Shown one piece after another: positions 24,523 to 34,703 of a DNA stretch of 64,000 nucleotides (position 1 is the stretch's first letter; every line of letters begins with the position of its first letter). The translations under genes were made by a program, and so were the position numbers. The notes below the pieces were generated by a model that did not search any database, was not told the origin of the DNA, and saw only the letters and a program-made list of their open reading frames with translations. The stretch comes from an uncultured Acidobacteriota bacterium. GTDB lineage: Bacteria; Acidobacteriota; Thermoanaerobaculia; UBA5066. The stretch covers positions 48,935-112,934 of the forward strand of contig CAIMWE010000082.1 of assembly GCA_903845115.1 (NCBI GenBank), in the 5' to 3' direction.

Positions 24523-25971
24523 GTGCCCTTCGCCCCGTCCGACATGGCCCTGATCGTCCCCGAGCTGTTCCTGACGGCGGCGGGCCTGGTCCTCCTGGTC
24601 GCCGCCACGGCGGTCTCCCGGGCGCAGGAGAAGCAGATCGCGCTCTGGTCGATCGCGTCCCTCGTCGTGACCGGCTTCCTCCTGGCGGTCCCGGCGTCCG
24701 CGGGCGCGGGGGCGCGGTCCGCGTTCGGCGGGATGTTCGCCGCCGACGGATACTCCCTGTTCTTCAAGGTTCTCATCCTGGCCGCCGGGGTGGTGACGAT
24801 CCTCTTCTCGCTCCGGTTCGTCGGCGACTCGCCGTATCCGGGCGGCGAGTACTACGGCCTCCTCCTGTTCGCGACGGTCGGGATGATGTTCATGGTCTCG
24901 GGCACCCACCTGATCTCGATCTACGTCGCTCTCGAGCTCATGGCGCTGTCGCAGTACGTCCTGGCCGGGTACTTCAAGCGGGAGACGAAGTCGATCGAGG
25001 CGGCCGCCAAGTACTTCGTCCTCGGCGCGTTCTCCTCCGGCGTCCTCCTCTACGGAATCTCCCTCGTGTTCGGCGCGACCGGGAGCCTCTCCCTCGCCGC
25101 CGTGTCGAGGTCGATCGTCCTCGGGCCGAAATCGCCCCTGCTCGTCCTGGGGATCATCCTGGTGGCCTGCGGCCTCTTCTTCAAGATCGCGTCGGCGCCG
25201 TTCCACGTCTGGGCGCCCGACGTGTACGAGGGGGCCCCGACCCCCATCTCCGCGTTCTTCGCGGTCGGGCCGAAGCTCGCCGCCTACGCGATCTTCGCCC
25301 GCATCTTCTTCTCCGGATTCGGCCACAACTCGTCCGAATGGACGGTGATCATCGCCGCCTCCTCGGCGCTGACGATGGTCGTCGGCAACGTCGGGGCGCT
25401 GATGCAGCAGAACGTCAAGCGGATGCTCGGCTACTCGTCCATCGGGCACGCCGGCTACGCGCTGCTCGGCCTCCTCGCCTACGGTTCCAAGGACTTCGGA
25501 CTCTCCTCGATCCTGATCTACCTCACCGCCTACGCCCTCATGAACCTCGGGGCGTTCGGCCTGGTCGTCCTCCTCGAGACGAAGGGATACGCCGGGGAGA
25601 GCGTGGACGACTTCAACGGCCTCGCGAAGAAGAACCCTCTCGCGGCGGGGGTGATGGTCCTGTTCCTGCTCTCTCTCGCGGGAATCCCGCCGACCGCCGG
25701 GTTCGTCGGGAAGTACCTCCTCTTCTCGGCGGCGATGCAGGCCGGGTGGTTCTGGCTGACTCTCCTGGCCGTCCTGATGTCGGCCGTCTCGCTCTTCTAC
25801 TACTTCCGCATCGTCCGGGCGATGTACCTGGTCGAGGGGACCGGAGAGCTGCGCTGGAGGGAGGAGCCGGCCGTGACCGTGGCGATCCTCGCCTGCGCCG
25901 CGCTGACCCTCTTCCTGGGCGTCTATCCGCAGCCGCTGATCGCCCTGGCGAAGGCCTGCCTGCTGAGCTGA
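24523..25971 (+). CDS. nuoN: NADH-quinone oxidoreductase subunit N
   Basis: EAAAKYF, FKIASAPFHVWAPDVYEGAP, KRMLGYSSI.HAGY. Confidence 0.96.
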   Translation: MPFAPSDMALIVPELFLTAAGLVLLVAATAVSRAQEKQIALWSIASLVVTGFLLAVPASAGAGARSAFGGMFAADGYSLFFKVLILAAGVVTILFSLRFVGDSPYPGGEYYGLLLFATVGMMFMVSGTHLISIYVALELMALSQYVLAGYFKRETKSIEAAAKYFVLGAFSSGVLLYGISLVFGATGSLSLAAVSRSIVLGPKSPLLVLGIILVACGLFFKIASAPFHVWAPDVYEGAPTPISAFFAVGPKLAAYAIFARIFFSGFGHNSSEWTVIIAASSALTMVVGNVGALMQQNVKRMLGYSSIGHAGYALLGLLAYGSKDFGLSSILIYLTAYALMNLGAFGLVVLLETKGYAGESVDDFNGLAKKNPLAAGVMVLFLLSLAGIPPTAGFVGKYLLFSAAMQAGWFWLTLLAVLMSAVSLFYYFRIVRAMYLVEGTGELRWREEPAVTVAILACAALTLFLGVYPQPLIALAKACLLS

Positions 25972-25991
25972 GGCGGGCCTCCTGGGCTGAT

Positions 25992-26231
25992 GTGACGGAA
26001 CCGAGCGGACCGGGCGGACGGGATGGCCGCTTCTTCGCGGACGTCCTCTCGTTCGGCTGGGTCCTCCCGGCGTCGATTGCGGCGGGGGCGGGCCTCGGGT
26101 GGGGCGGAGACAGGCTGTTCGGGAGCTTTCCGGTCCTGACGGCGGTCTTCGGAGTCCTCGGCCTGGCGGCCGGCCTCCGGCAGCTCTTCAGGGAGGCGGA
26201 ACAGATCTCGGACGAGGGGAAGCGGCCGTGA
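25992..26231 (+). CDS. AtpZ/AtpI-family small membrane protein (ATPase gene 1)
   Basis: G..LGW..DR.FGS.P motif with two TM helices, directly upstream of atpI/atpB. Confidence 0.75.
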   Translation: MTEPSGPGGRDGRFFADVLSFGWVLPASIAAGAGLGWGGDRLFGSFPVLTAVFGVLGLAAGLRQLFREAEQISDEGKRP

Positions 26232-26665
26232 ACGACCTCCGGGCCGGGGGGATCCTCCGGGCGGCGACCGTCGCGGCGGCCATTTCCGTCCTGGCCCTGG
26301 GGGCCCTCGGGCGGTTCCGGCCCGCTCTCGCCTTGACTCTGGGGGCGGTCGTGGCTATCGTCTCGGCCCGCTGGCTCTCCCACGTCACAGGCCGGCTCAT
26401 GGCCACCGGTGCGGGGGAGGGGCGCAAGCCGGGTTGGAAGTTCGCGCTCGGGGCGGGGCTCCGATACCTGTTCGCCGGTCTCGCGGTCTACGGGGCAGTC
26501 CGCCTCGTCCCCGCGGAACCTTTTTGGCTCCTGGCAGGTCTCTCGACCGTCGTCGTCGGCGTCGTGGTCGAAGGGGCGTGGGACCTGTGGAAGGAGAGTC
26601 GCCACCGGAGGACCGTCCCGCCCGCCGGGGAGACCCGGGCCGGGAGGACGGGGGAGAGGATCTGA
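26228..26665 (+). CDS. atpI: ATP synthase subunit I-like membrane protein
   Basis: Four TM helices, LRY motif, position before atpB; GTGA overlap. Confidence 0.7.
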   Translation: MNDLRAGGILRAATVAAAISVLALGALGRFRPALALTLGAVVAIVSARWLSHVTGRLMATGAGEGRKPGWKFALGAGLRYLFAGLAVYGAVRLVPAEPFWLLAGLSTVVVGVVVEGAWDLWKESRHRRTVPPAGETRAGRTGERI

Positions 26666-26672
26666 CGGCCTG

Positions 26673-27470
26673 ATGCACCACGCACAATCGATCCTGTTCG
26701 GATGGGTCAACGCGCTGCTGGAGAAGATCCTCGGCCCCGTCGGCTCCGCCCCCGCCTGGTGGCGGGAGGGGATCACGATCGGCAGCTTCCACGTCGATGG
26801 GATCGCGCCCAAGGGAGAGGCCGCGGGCGAGTACCTCGGGTGGCTTCCCGACCACGTGGTCATGGCCCTCTTCGTATTCCTCCTCTGCGCCGTCTTCGGT
26901 CCCCTGGCGGCGCGCGGCTTCCGGAAGGGCGTCCCGTCGGGGTCGCAGAACGTCCTCGAGCTCTTCGTCGACTTCCTCCGCGGAGTCATCAAGGAGAACA
27001 TCCCCCACCACGGCGAGAAGTACCTGCCGATCGCGGGCGCCTTCTTCTTCTTCATCGCGCTCTGCAACCTCTGCGGGTTCTTCTTCTTCCTCCAGCCGCC
27101 GACGAGCAACCTGAACACGACGTTCGCGCTGTCGATCACGTGCTTCGTCTTCTTCAACGCCGCGGGAATCCGGGCCCACGGGCTCGGCGGCTACCTGAAG
27201 CAGTTCATGGGCCCCAGCCTGGCGCTGGCGGTCCTCGTCTTCCCGATCGAGATGCTCGGGAACTTCGCGCGGGCGCTCTCCCTGGCGATGCGGCTCTACG
27301 GGAACATCTTCGGCGAGCACACGGCGACGAACGAGTTCGCGAAGCTCCTCCCCATCATCATCCCGATGCCGATGAACGCCCTCGGCATCTTCACGGCGTT
27401 CCTCCAGGCTTACGTCTTCACCCTCCTGGCCACCGTCTACATCGGGGGCGCCACCGCCCACGAGCACTGA
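26673..27470 (+). CDS. atpB: F0F1 ATP synthase subunit a
   Basis: PTSNLN, SLAMRLYGNI (essential Arg), LQAYVFTLL. Confidence 0.95.
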   Translation: MHHAQSILFGWVNALLEKILGPVGSAPAWWREGITIGSFHVDGIAPKGEAAGEYLGWLPDHVVMALFVFLLCAVFGPLAARGFRKGVPSGSQNVLELFVDFLRGVIKENIPHHGEKYLPIAGAFFFFIALCNLCGFFFFLQPPTSNLNTTFALSITCFVFFNAAGIRAHGLGGYLKQFMGPSLALAVLVFPIEMLGNFARALSLAMRLYGNIFGEHTATNEFAKLLPIIIPMPMNALGIFTAFLQAYVFTLLATVYIGGATAHEH

Positions 27471-27532
27471 TCTCCGAACGCGAAAATCCAGACATCCGGA
27501 AAGCAAGCAGATCCCGAAAGGAGTCCCAGAGA

Positions 27533-27856
27533 ATGTTGAAGAAGATGATCCCGGCCGGCGCTCTCACGGCCCTCGCCCTCCTGCTCCCGAACTTCGCCTT
27601 CGCCGCGGAAGAGGCTGCCAAGGCGAGCGGCGGTGGAGCGGGATGGGGCCACCTCTCGGCGGCCATCGCCATCGCCCTCGCGGCCTTCGGCGGCGCCTTC
27701 GCCCAGGGCCGGACGGCCGTGGCGGCCTGCGACGGCATCGCGCGGAACCCCGGCGCCTCGGGCCAGATCCGCGGCATGGCGTTCCTGGGGCTCGTCCTGA
27801 TCGAGTCGCTCGTCATCTACGCGCTCGTCATCGCCTTCGTCGTCCAGGGCAAGTAG
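27533..27856 (+). CDS. atpE: F0F1 ATP synthase subunit c with signal-peptide-like N-terminus
   Basis: GIARNP loop, LIESLVIY carboxylate motif; SD AAGGAG. Confidence 0.95.
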   Translation: MLKKMIPAGALTALALLLPNFAFAAEEAAKASGGGAGWGHLSAAIAIALAAFGGAFAQGRTAVAACDGIARNPGASGQIRGMAFLGLVLIESLVIYALVIAFVVQGK

Positions 27857-27877
27857 GCCCCTCTCCCCGACCGATCC

Positions 27878-27909
27878 CGAGCGGCCCCGGAGTCTTCCGG
27901 GGCCGCTCG
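27878..27909 (+). terminator. 14-bp GC-rich hairpin after atpE (no U-tract)
   Basis: CGAGCGGCCCCGGA-GTCT-TCCGGGGCCGCTCG. Confidence 0.55.
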
Positions 27910-27966
27910 CTCGTCCGGTTCCAGCCCCGTGCCGGCCCGCTTCCCCGGGGACGGTAGACTAGCCCC

Positions 27967-29712
27967 ATGGCGGAGCGCGAGGAGCCCGATCGACTCGTCT
28001 TCCCGGTGGCGGTCGCGGCGTCGGCCCTCGCCTTCTCGTCGGCCGCTCTGACCACGGTCGTGGCGACGTGGGCCGAGCGGGGCTGGTCCGGCGACTGGCT
28101 GGCGGCGCCCGACTTCGACTTCGGGCTGCTCGCCTCGGTCATGATCGGCCTCGTGGTCGGCGGCGTCGTCCACCTGGCCGCGCAGAAGCCGGTCGCGAGG
28201 ATGTCGGCGGCGTTCACGGCGGCTCGAGGGATGGCGGAGGGGAACCTGGCGACTCGGGCTCCGGAGGGCCGCGATCTCGGGGGGACCCTCGGGCGCCTCC
28301 TCAACGCGGTGGCCGGCAGCGCGACCCGCCTCCTGTCGTCGATCCGCCGGGAACAGGGGCAGCTCAACCGCCAGGTGTCGGTCCTGAAGGCCGCCTCCAC
28401 GGCGACCCGCGAGAAGGCGACCCTGACCCTCTCCAGGGTCGACGGGGCGTCCCGGGAGGTGACCGGGTTCGAGACCTCGATCCGGTCGATCGCCGACAGC
28501 GTGGAGACCCTCTCCTCGGGGGCGGAGGAGACGGCCGCCGCGGTGGCCGAGGTGGACGCGTCTCTTTCCCGGGTCCTGGCGCGTTCCCAGGGGCTGCACC
28601 TTTCCTCGGGGGACGGCGCCAAGGCGGCGGCGTCCCTGGCGGAAGGGGCTGCCAACCTGAACATGACCCTCTACGAGATCGCCAGGAAGACGGCGGACCT
28701 CGCCGAGGTGTCCCACCGGAACGAGGAGTCGGTGGCTCAGGTCGGTGGCTCGGCCCGGAACGTGGCCCGCGAGGTGGCCCGCGTCGTGGAAGGGGTCACG
28801 GCGGGGGCGGCGGTGGTCCAGGAGATGAGGTCGAGCGTCGAGCAGATTCACTCCGCGGCCGACAGCGTCCGGTCGACGGTCCTCCGGGTGGAATCCCGTT
28901 TCCAGGAGATCGGCCGGATCGTCAACGTGATCGAGGAGATCTCCCGGCAGACGAACCTCCTGGCGCTGAACGCGTCGCTCCTGGCGACGAGGGCCGGGGA
29001 GCACGGCCGTGGGTTCTCGGCCGTGGCCACCGAGATCCGGAAGCTCTCCGAGCGGACGTCCGACGGGGCGAGGGGAATCCAGGAGCTGATCGACGGGATG
29101 CGGGGCGATGTCGAGGCGGCGCGGATCGCGGCCGAGGAAGAGGCTCGTCTCGTCGCGATCGGGGTGACGACCTCGGGAAAGACCGAGGCCGCGCTCGGTT
29201 CGATCCGCGTGGCCGCACTGGCGGCGGAGGAGGCGACGTCGGCGATCCAGGGTGCGACGGTGGGGCAGCGGATCTCGATCGTGGAAACGGCCGACGCGAT
29301 CCGCGAAGTTCGACAGGGGTTCGACGCGCTGGCCGACGAAGGGAAGAGGAACAACCGGGAGGCGGAGAACATCCGCGAGATGGTGACGGAGCTGAACGAC
29401 CTCGCGGGCTTCGTGGAGAGGACCGTTCACGAGCAGAAGGGTGCCGCGGGCCAGATTGCCGTCGCCGCGGCCCGGTCGCTCGGGATGATGCGCGAGATCC
29501 AGGATGCGGCGAGCCGGCAGACGGCGGACAGCCAACGTCTCCTCGGGCTGCTGGCCGAGGTGGGTGGGGCGGGGCGGCAGACGCTCGAGTCCGCGGCGCT
29601 GGTCGAGGACGCCGCGGCCGCGCTGGAGGCTCTCGCGGGGTCGCTGGAGGACGAGGTGGGCCGCTTCCGGGTCGGACGCGCCGAGCCCGGCGCGGACGGC
29701 GCCGCCCGCTGA
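27967..29712 (+). CDS. Methyl-accepting chemotaxis protein
   Basis: Two TM, HAMP-like region, [33 protein letters not shown] hairpin tip. Confidence 0.93.
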   Translation: MAEREEPDRLVFPVAVAASALAFSSAALTTVVATWAERGWSGDWLAAPDFDFGLLASVMIGLVVGGVVHLAAQKPVARMSAAFTAARGMAEGNLATRAPEGRDLGGTLGRLLNAVAGSATRLLSSIRREQGQLNRQVSVLKAASTATREKATLTLSRVDGASREVTGFETSIRSIADSVETLSSGAEETAAAVAEVDASLSRVLARSQGLHLSSGDGAKAAASLAEGAANLNMTLYEIARKTADLAEVSHRNEESVAQVGGSARNVAREVARVVEGVTAGAAVVQEMRSSVEQIHSAADSVRSTVLRVESRFQEIGRIVNVIEEISRQTNLLALNASLLATRAGEHGRGFSAVATEIRKLSERTSDGARGIQELIDGMRGDVEAARIAAEEEARLVAIGVTTSGKTEAALGSIRVAALAAEEATSAIQGATVGQRISIVETADAIREVRQGFDALADEGKRNNREAENIREMVTELNDLAGFVERTVHEQKGAAGQIAVAAARSLGMMREIQDAASRQTADSQRLLGLLAEVGGAGRQTLESAALVEDAAAALEALAGSLEDEVGRFRVGRAEPGADGAAR

Positions 29713-29743
29713 ACTCCTCCCCCCTCGCGCGGGGAGCGCCCCT

Positions 29744-30253
29744 TCAGTCGCCGGTGAGCCGCTGCTCGAAGACGACGCACTCGCGGTGCCTTCCGGCGAA
29801 CGGCCAGCTCGCGAGCGCGACGACGCGAAACCCGCATTCCCAGAGCACCCGGGCCGCGCTGGCCGACGAGGCCAGGCACCGGACTCGGAGGGATGGCAGC
29901 CCGAGGCGTGCGGCCTCCCGGAACGCCTCGCAAAGGAGGGTCTTGCCGAGGCCGCGGCCCCGGGCGCCGGGGGCGACGGACCAGAAGACGACGGAGGTCT
30001 CGGTGCCTCCGGGCTCGTCGTGAGCGGCGATCAGGAAGCCGTCCGGAGCCGCCTCGGGACCATGCCCGAGGATGAAATCCCTCTCCGCGTCGAAGGTCGC
30101 GGCGATCCGGCCCAGCTCCTGCTCGAGGGCCGCCTCGAGGTCCTCGTCGAGGTCCGTCCTGATGCAGCGAGCCAGGGGTGGGGCGAGAGCCGCCAGGAAC
30201 GAGGCCGGGAAGGGGCGGCAGGAGTCGCTGGCGGCGACCGGCAGGGGAGGCAT
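29744..30253 (-). CDS. GNAT family N-acetyltransferase
   Basis: V.PGARGRGLGKTLL acetyl-CoA motif, W..CGF. Confidence 0.7.
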   Translation of the reverse strand: MPPLPVAASDSCRPFPASFLAALAPPLARCIRTDLDEDLEAALEQELGRIAATFDAERDFILGHGPEAAPDGFLIAAHDEPGGTETSVVFWSVAPGARGRGLGKTLLCEAFREAARLGLPSLRVRCLASSASAARVLWECGFRVVALASWPFAGRHRECVVFEQRLTGD

Positions 30254-30257
30254 CCGG

Positions 30258-32336
30258 TCACATCCGTTCCGGGATCGGGACCCCCAGGACCCACAGGACG
30301 TCCTGGAGGTGGAGGGCGACCAGCTGGAGGGCGGCCCGCCGGGACCGGCGGCTCTCCTCGTCGGGCGCCTGGAGGATCGGGTGGGTGTGGTAGAGGTGGT
30401 GAAAGGCCGCGGCCACCGCGAGGGCGTGCCGGACGAGGAGCGAGACCTCGAGCGTCTCTCCCACCTTCTCGAAGGTCTCGGCGGTTCGCGTGCACGTCCT
30501 CACGACGTCCCAGAGGTCGTCGTCGAAGTGGTCGGCGGAAAGGTCCGCGACGGCCCGGATCTCCTCCGGGGCCAGCCACGCCGGGAGCCCTTCGGCCTCC
30601 AGCTTCCGGAAGATGTTCCCGGCCCGGACGGCGGCGTACTGGAGGTAGGGGCCGGTGTCGCCTTCGAAGGCGAGCGCCTCGTCGAAGTCGAACGCGATCA
30701 CCTTGTTCCGGGAGAAGCGGGTCATGTACACGCGGAGGGCGCCGATGGCGATCGCTTCGGCCCGGCCCATCTCCACCGGCACCCCGCCGGAGCGCGAGAG
30801 AATCTGGTCGTTCGCCTTCTCGACGAGCTGGTCGAGGAGGTCGTCGGCCTTGACCCCGAGGCCCTTGCGCCCCGACATCTCCAGGAAAGACTTCGTCCGG
30901 TCCTCTGCTGACAGCTCCAGGCCGAGAGCCTCGGCCGAGGCGGGGGTCAGGGCGACCATCTCGTAGGCGAAATGGACCGAGCGGTCCGCCGCCTCGGGGA
31001 AGCCCGCCCTGCGGACCGCCTCCTTCACGACCTTCTGCGGGTACGACTGCCGGACGTCGATCACGTTGATCACCGAGTGGGCACCGCCGAACTTCCCCCG
31101 GACCGACGCGTCGGCTCCCTCCGCGGTCCGGCGCGTCCGGTAGAGCGGGGACTCGTGGTCCGTCGCGTGGAACTCGGGGTTCCCGAACATGTCCCGGTAA
31201 GGGACCGGCTCGTACTCGAAATCCTTCCCGAGGACGCCGAGCTTCCACAGCTGGTAGGCGACGTCCTTTCCCGTGTACGTCACCGTCCCGTTCGAGCGGA
31301 CGAGGACCTTGTCGGCATCCTCCATCCCCTCGAAGTCCTTCGCGCCTTCCAGCCTCATCACCCAGCACCCGGCGTTCTTCCCCTCGGTCTCCAGGTGGGT
31401 CGCCGCCGCCGCCTTCAGCCGCTCGAACGCGGTCGACCAGAACTGCCGGGCCAGGATGTCGCTCTCGCGGGGGAGGACGTCGTAGGCCACGTCGATCCGT
31501 TCCATCGTCTTCAGGTGACACCGGACGACCGCTTCGGCCAGGAGCGCCGCGACGCGGGCGGTCTCGGTCGCCGCGTCGTCCTGGGCGTGCCCCAGCGCCG
31601 CCCCCTCGACGGCGTGCAGCACCTCCTTCCGCCGCTCCTGCAGCTCGGGAGAGGCCGTGTAGCTCTTCCCGACGAGCGCGTAGAGGTCCCAGGCCAGGTC
31701 TCCCAGGCGCCGGGGTTCCACGCCGGGGGGGTCGTCCGGGAAGGCGGCCAGGATCTCCCGGATCTCGGCGGAAAGGCCGGCAGCCCGCCCGGGGTCGTCC
31801 AGCTCCCCCGAGTGAAGGAGGCCGACGACGACGTCGGCCACCTGGACGCCGGTGTCGTCGAGGTAGTTCTGGACCTCGACCCGCCGCCCCAGGCGCCGGA
31901 AGGTCCGGACGAGGACGTCGCCGAGGACGGCGTTCCGGAGGTGGCCGATGTGCGCCGCCTTGTTCGGGTTGATGTTCGTGTGCTCGATGATCAGCTTGCC
32001 GCGGTCCTCCTCGGCGGGCGGGCCGGTCCGCCCGGAAGCGAGGAGCGCAGAGAGCATCCTCGGCCGGTCGAAGAACAGGTTGATGAACCCGCTCCCCTCG
32101 ACCTTCGTCCGGGAGATCAGAGGAGGCAGGACGAGGGCCGCGGCGAGCTCCTCCGCGATCTTCCGGGGGGGGCGGCGCAGGAGCTTGGCGAGCTCGAAGG
32201 CGACGGGCAGGGCGACGTCGCCCAGCTCCACCTTGGGAGGGGTCTCCAGCACGAGGCGGGGCGGAGCGACCCCCCAGAGCTTGTGGCAGGCCTCGTGGAC
32301 GGAGGCCTCGATGGCGGATTTCAGCGTGTCGATCAA
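30258..32336 (-). CDS. argS: Arginine--tRNA ligase
   Basis: EHTNINPNKAAHIGHLRNA (HIGH), MSGRKG, GDTGPYLQYA. Confidence 0.96.
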   Translation of the reverse strand: MIDTLKSAIEASVHEACHKLWGVAPPRLVLETPPKVELGDVALPVAFELAKLLRRPPRKIAEELAAALVLPPLISRTKVEGSGFINLFFDRPRMLSALLASGRTGPPAEEDRGKLIIEHTNINPNKAAHIGHLRNAVLGDVLVRTFRRLGRRVEVQNYLDDTGVQVADVVVGLLHSGELDDPGRAAGLSAEIREILAAFPDDPPGVEPRRLGDLAWDLYALVGKSYTASPELQERRKEVLHAVEGAALGHAQDDAATETARVAALLAEAVVRCHLKTMERIDVAYDVLPRESDILARQFWSTAFERLKAAAATHLETEGKNAGCWVMRLEGAKDFEGMEDADKVLVRSNGTVTYTGKDVAYQLWKLGVLGKDFEYEPVPYRDMFGNPEFHATDHESPLYRTRRTAEGADASVRGKFGGAHSVINVIDVRQSYPQKVVKEAVRRAGFPEAADRSVHFAYEMVALTPASAEALGLELSAEDRTKSFLEMSGRKGLGVKADDLLDQLVEKANDQILSRSGGVPVEMGRAEAIAIGALRVYMTRFSRNKVIAFDFDEALAFEGDTGPYLQYAAVRAGNIFRKLEAEGLPAWLAPEEIRAVADLSADHFDDDLWDVVRTCTRTAETFEKVGETLEVSLLVRHALAVAAAFHHLYHTHPILQAPDEESRRSRRAALQLVALHLQDVLWVLGVPIPERM

Positions 32337-32358
32337 CGGGACTCCTTCTCGGACGGTG

Positions 32359-34548
32359 TCAGGCGGCCCGGGGGATGCGGCGAAGCCGCGGCTCCTCGGG
32401 AAAACGGGCCAGCCCCTCCTGCTGCCAGTGGGCGGCGCCGGCGGCGTCGCCGATGACGGAGAGGGCCCGGACGGCGGAGAGATACGACTCGACCCCGGGA
32501 ACGGCGCCGACCATCTCGGTGGCCGCGGCGCGGGCGTCTGCTCCGCGGCCCTCGGCGGCGAGGAGCAGCACGAGGGATTCCCAGGCTGCGTAGGTCGCCG
32601 GGTAGGCGCGGACCTCCTCCCGGAACTCGGCCTCGGCCTCCCCGTGGCGGCTCATCCGGGCGAGGAGATCCCCGCGCAGCAGGTGGAGACCGGCGGGCGG
32701 AAGGCCGTGGCCCGGGATGCCGCCCGCCTTCGCGGCCAGGTCCAGCGCCCCGGGGAGGTCGTTCCTCCTCGCCGCGATCCGCGCCAGGACGAGGTATCCC
32801 CGGTTCCGGTTGACGGGCGCCCCGAGGGAAACGCGGGCGGCCGCCTCGGCCCCCTTCAGGTCTCCCCGGGCGAGGAGGGCCCGCGCCAGGATCTCGTCGG
32901 CGGCCGGGTCGCCCATCTTCCGGGCCAGCTCGGCGTGGCGGACCGCCTCGTCCGTGCGCCCAGTCTCCAGGCAGCGGTTCGCGACCAGCCGGAGGTAGTG
33001 GGTGGAGCCAGGCGGCGCCAGCTCGACGGTCTTCTTCAGCGCGGCCAGCGACTCGTCCCCCCGGCCGAGCCGAGCGAGGGCCAGCGAGCGGAGCTCCCAG
33101 ATGTCGAGCATCCGCGGATTCTCCGCGAGGAGCCGATCGGTCGCCGCGACCGCTTTCTCGGGGCGCCCCTCCATGAAGTGCGCGAGCGCGTCCTTCATCG
33201 CCTGGACCGTTGCGACGTGGTCCTTCGGGTCGTCCAGGGGGCCGTCGCCCGCGGTCGCCCCGGAGCTGAGGTATCCGAGCGAGGCGAGCTGCCGGGCCGC
33301 CTCGGGGTCGACGGCCGCGGGAGCCCGGAACGAGGTCCGGAGCTTCTCCATCTCGATCCGCATGGCGCGGAAGGGCCCGGGCCTGCCTTCGATCACGTTG
33401 CTCGCCTCGAGCGGGTCGGACGCGAGGTCGAAGAACTCGGGCTTCGGCCCCTCGATGTAGTGCCAGCGCCCGTCGAGAAGCGACCGGAGCTCGCTCCAGC
33501 CGAAGTGGATCCGGGGGAAGAAGCTCTCCGCAAAGACCCGCCGCCCGCCGGTCACCCGTCCGGCGGCGACGTCGAGCAGCGAGACCGTTCCGGGCGGGGG
33601 GACGAAGCCGGCCACCCCCGCGGCCCCAACGATCGTGGTGAAGACGTCGACCAGCTGGACCGGCGTCGCCACCGACGTGCCTCGCCCGGCCCCCCGCGGC
33701 AGCTTGACGAGGAGGGGGACCTGCAGCACCTCCCGGTAGAGGAAGACGCCGTGCTCGCTCTCCCCGTGCTCTCCGAGCCCCTCGCCGTGGTCGGAGAGGA
33801 AGACGATCAGCGCCTGGTCGTAGAGGCCCTTCTCCTTGAGCCGCTCCACGAAGGTGCCGACCACGGCGTCGGCGGTCGCGATCTCTCCGTCGTACGGGTC
33901 CTTGTACCGGGAGCGGAAGGGCTCCTTCGGCTCGTAGGGAGAGTGCGGCTCGTACAGGTGAAGGAAGGCGAAGAAGGGCGCCTTCCTTCCCTCCAGCCAC
34001 GCGGCGAGCGAGGCTTCGGTCTCGCTCCCGGGGCGCTGGACGCGGTTCAGCGCCTGGTCGGCGCGCGTCGGCACCACGTCGTCGTCCCACAGGTCGAAGC
34101 CGCGCCCCACCCCGCTCGCTCCGTTCAGGACGACGCTCGAGACCGCCCCTCCGGTCGCGTAGCCCGCCTTCCGGAGAAGCTCCGCGAGCGTCGGGACCCC
34201 GGAGTCGACGGTGTAACCGAGGTTGTCGTGGACCCCGTGGCCGTCGGGAAGCAGGCCGGTGAAGACCGACACGTGGGCCGGCAGGGTCAGGGGGACGTGC
34301 GTGTAGGCCTTCTCGAAGAGGATCGAGTCGTTCCGGAGGGACGTCAGGGCGGGCGTCTCGACCCCCCCGTAGCCATAGAAGGGAAGGTGGTCGGACCGCA
34401 GGGTGTCGATCGAGACGAGGACGACGGGAGCTCCCGGGGAGGGGAGCGGGAAAGAGCCGTTTCCCTTCCGGCACGCTCCGGAAACGGCAGCGGCGAGGAG
34501 AGCGGCAAAGCCGGCCACGGCCAGCCGCGAAGGGGTCCGGAGCGTCAT
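32359..34548 (-). CDS. Sulfatase-like (alkaline phosphatase superfamily) lipoprotein with C-terminal TPR repeats
   Basis: Lipobox VSGAC, SIDTLRSDH, TLPAH, HLYEPH.PY, SDHGE, L.SLGY, TPR helices. Confidence 0.88.
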   Translation of the reverse strand: MTLRTPSRLAVAGFAALLAAAVSGACRKGNGSFPLPSPGAPVVLVSIDTLRSDHLPFYGYGGVETPALTSLRNDSILFEKAYTHVPLTLPAHVSVFTGLLPDGHGVHDNLGYTVDSGVPTLAELLRKAGYATGGAVSSVVLNGASGVGRGFDLWDDDVVPTRADQALNRVQRPGSETEASLAAWLEGRKAPFFAFLHLYEPHSPYEPKEPFRSRYKDPYDGEIATADAVVGTFVERLKEKGLYDQALIVFLSDHGEGLGEHGESEHGVFLYREVLQVPLLVKLPRGAGRGTSVATPVQLVDVFTTIVGAAGVAGFVPPPGTVSLLDVAAGRVTGGRRVFAESFFPRIHFGWSELRSLLDGRWHYIEGPKPEFFDLASDPLEASNVIEGRPGPFRAMRIEMEKLRTSFRAPAAVDPEAARQLASLGYLSSGATAGDGPLDDPKDHVATVQAMKDALAHFMEGRPEKAVAATDRLLAENPRMLDIWELRSLALARLGRGDESLAALKKTVELAPPGSTHYLRLVANRCLETGRTDEAVRHAELARKMGDPAADEILARALLARGDLKGAEAAARVSLGAPVNRNRGYLVLARIAARRNDLPGALDLAAKAGGIPGHGLPPAGLHLLRGDLLARMSRHGEAEAEFREEVRAYPATYAAWESLVLLLAAEGRGADARAAATEMVGAVPGVESYLSAVRALSVIGDAAGAAHWQQEGLARFPEEPRLRRIPRAA

Positions 34549-34703
34549 CGGCGCGGAGTCTAACGTGCCGACCTCCGGAGCTTGAGGGGGGCTCTTCAGA
34601 GCACAACGGGCGGACCGGCCCGGACTCGGCGGCCGGGGGCCTGGGATATAGTCCCCATGCTGTGCGCCGCCAGGCGCAAATCCAGCAGCCGGAGACCCCT
34701 GCC

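Noticed and set aside
27967-29712. Orphan MCP as a novel signalling system
   Set aside because: Orphan chemoreceptors are common; nothing unusual beyond a minimal periplasmic loop
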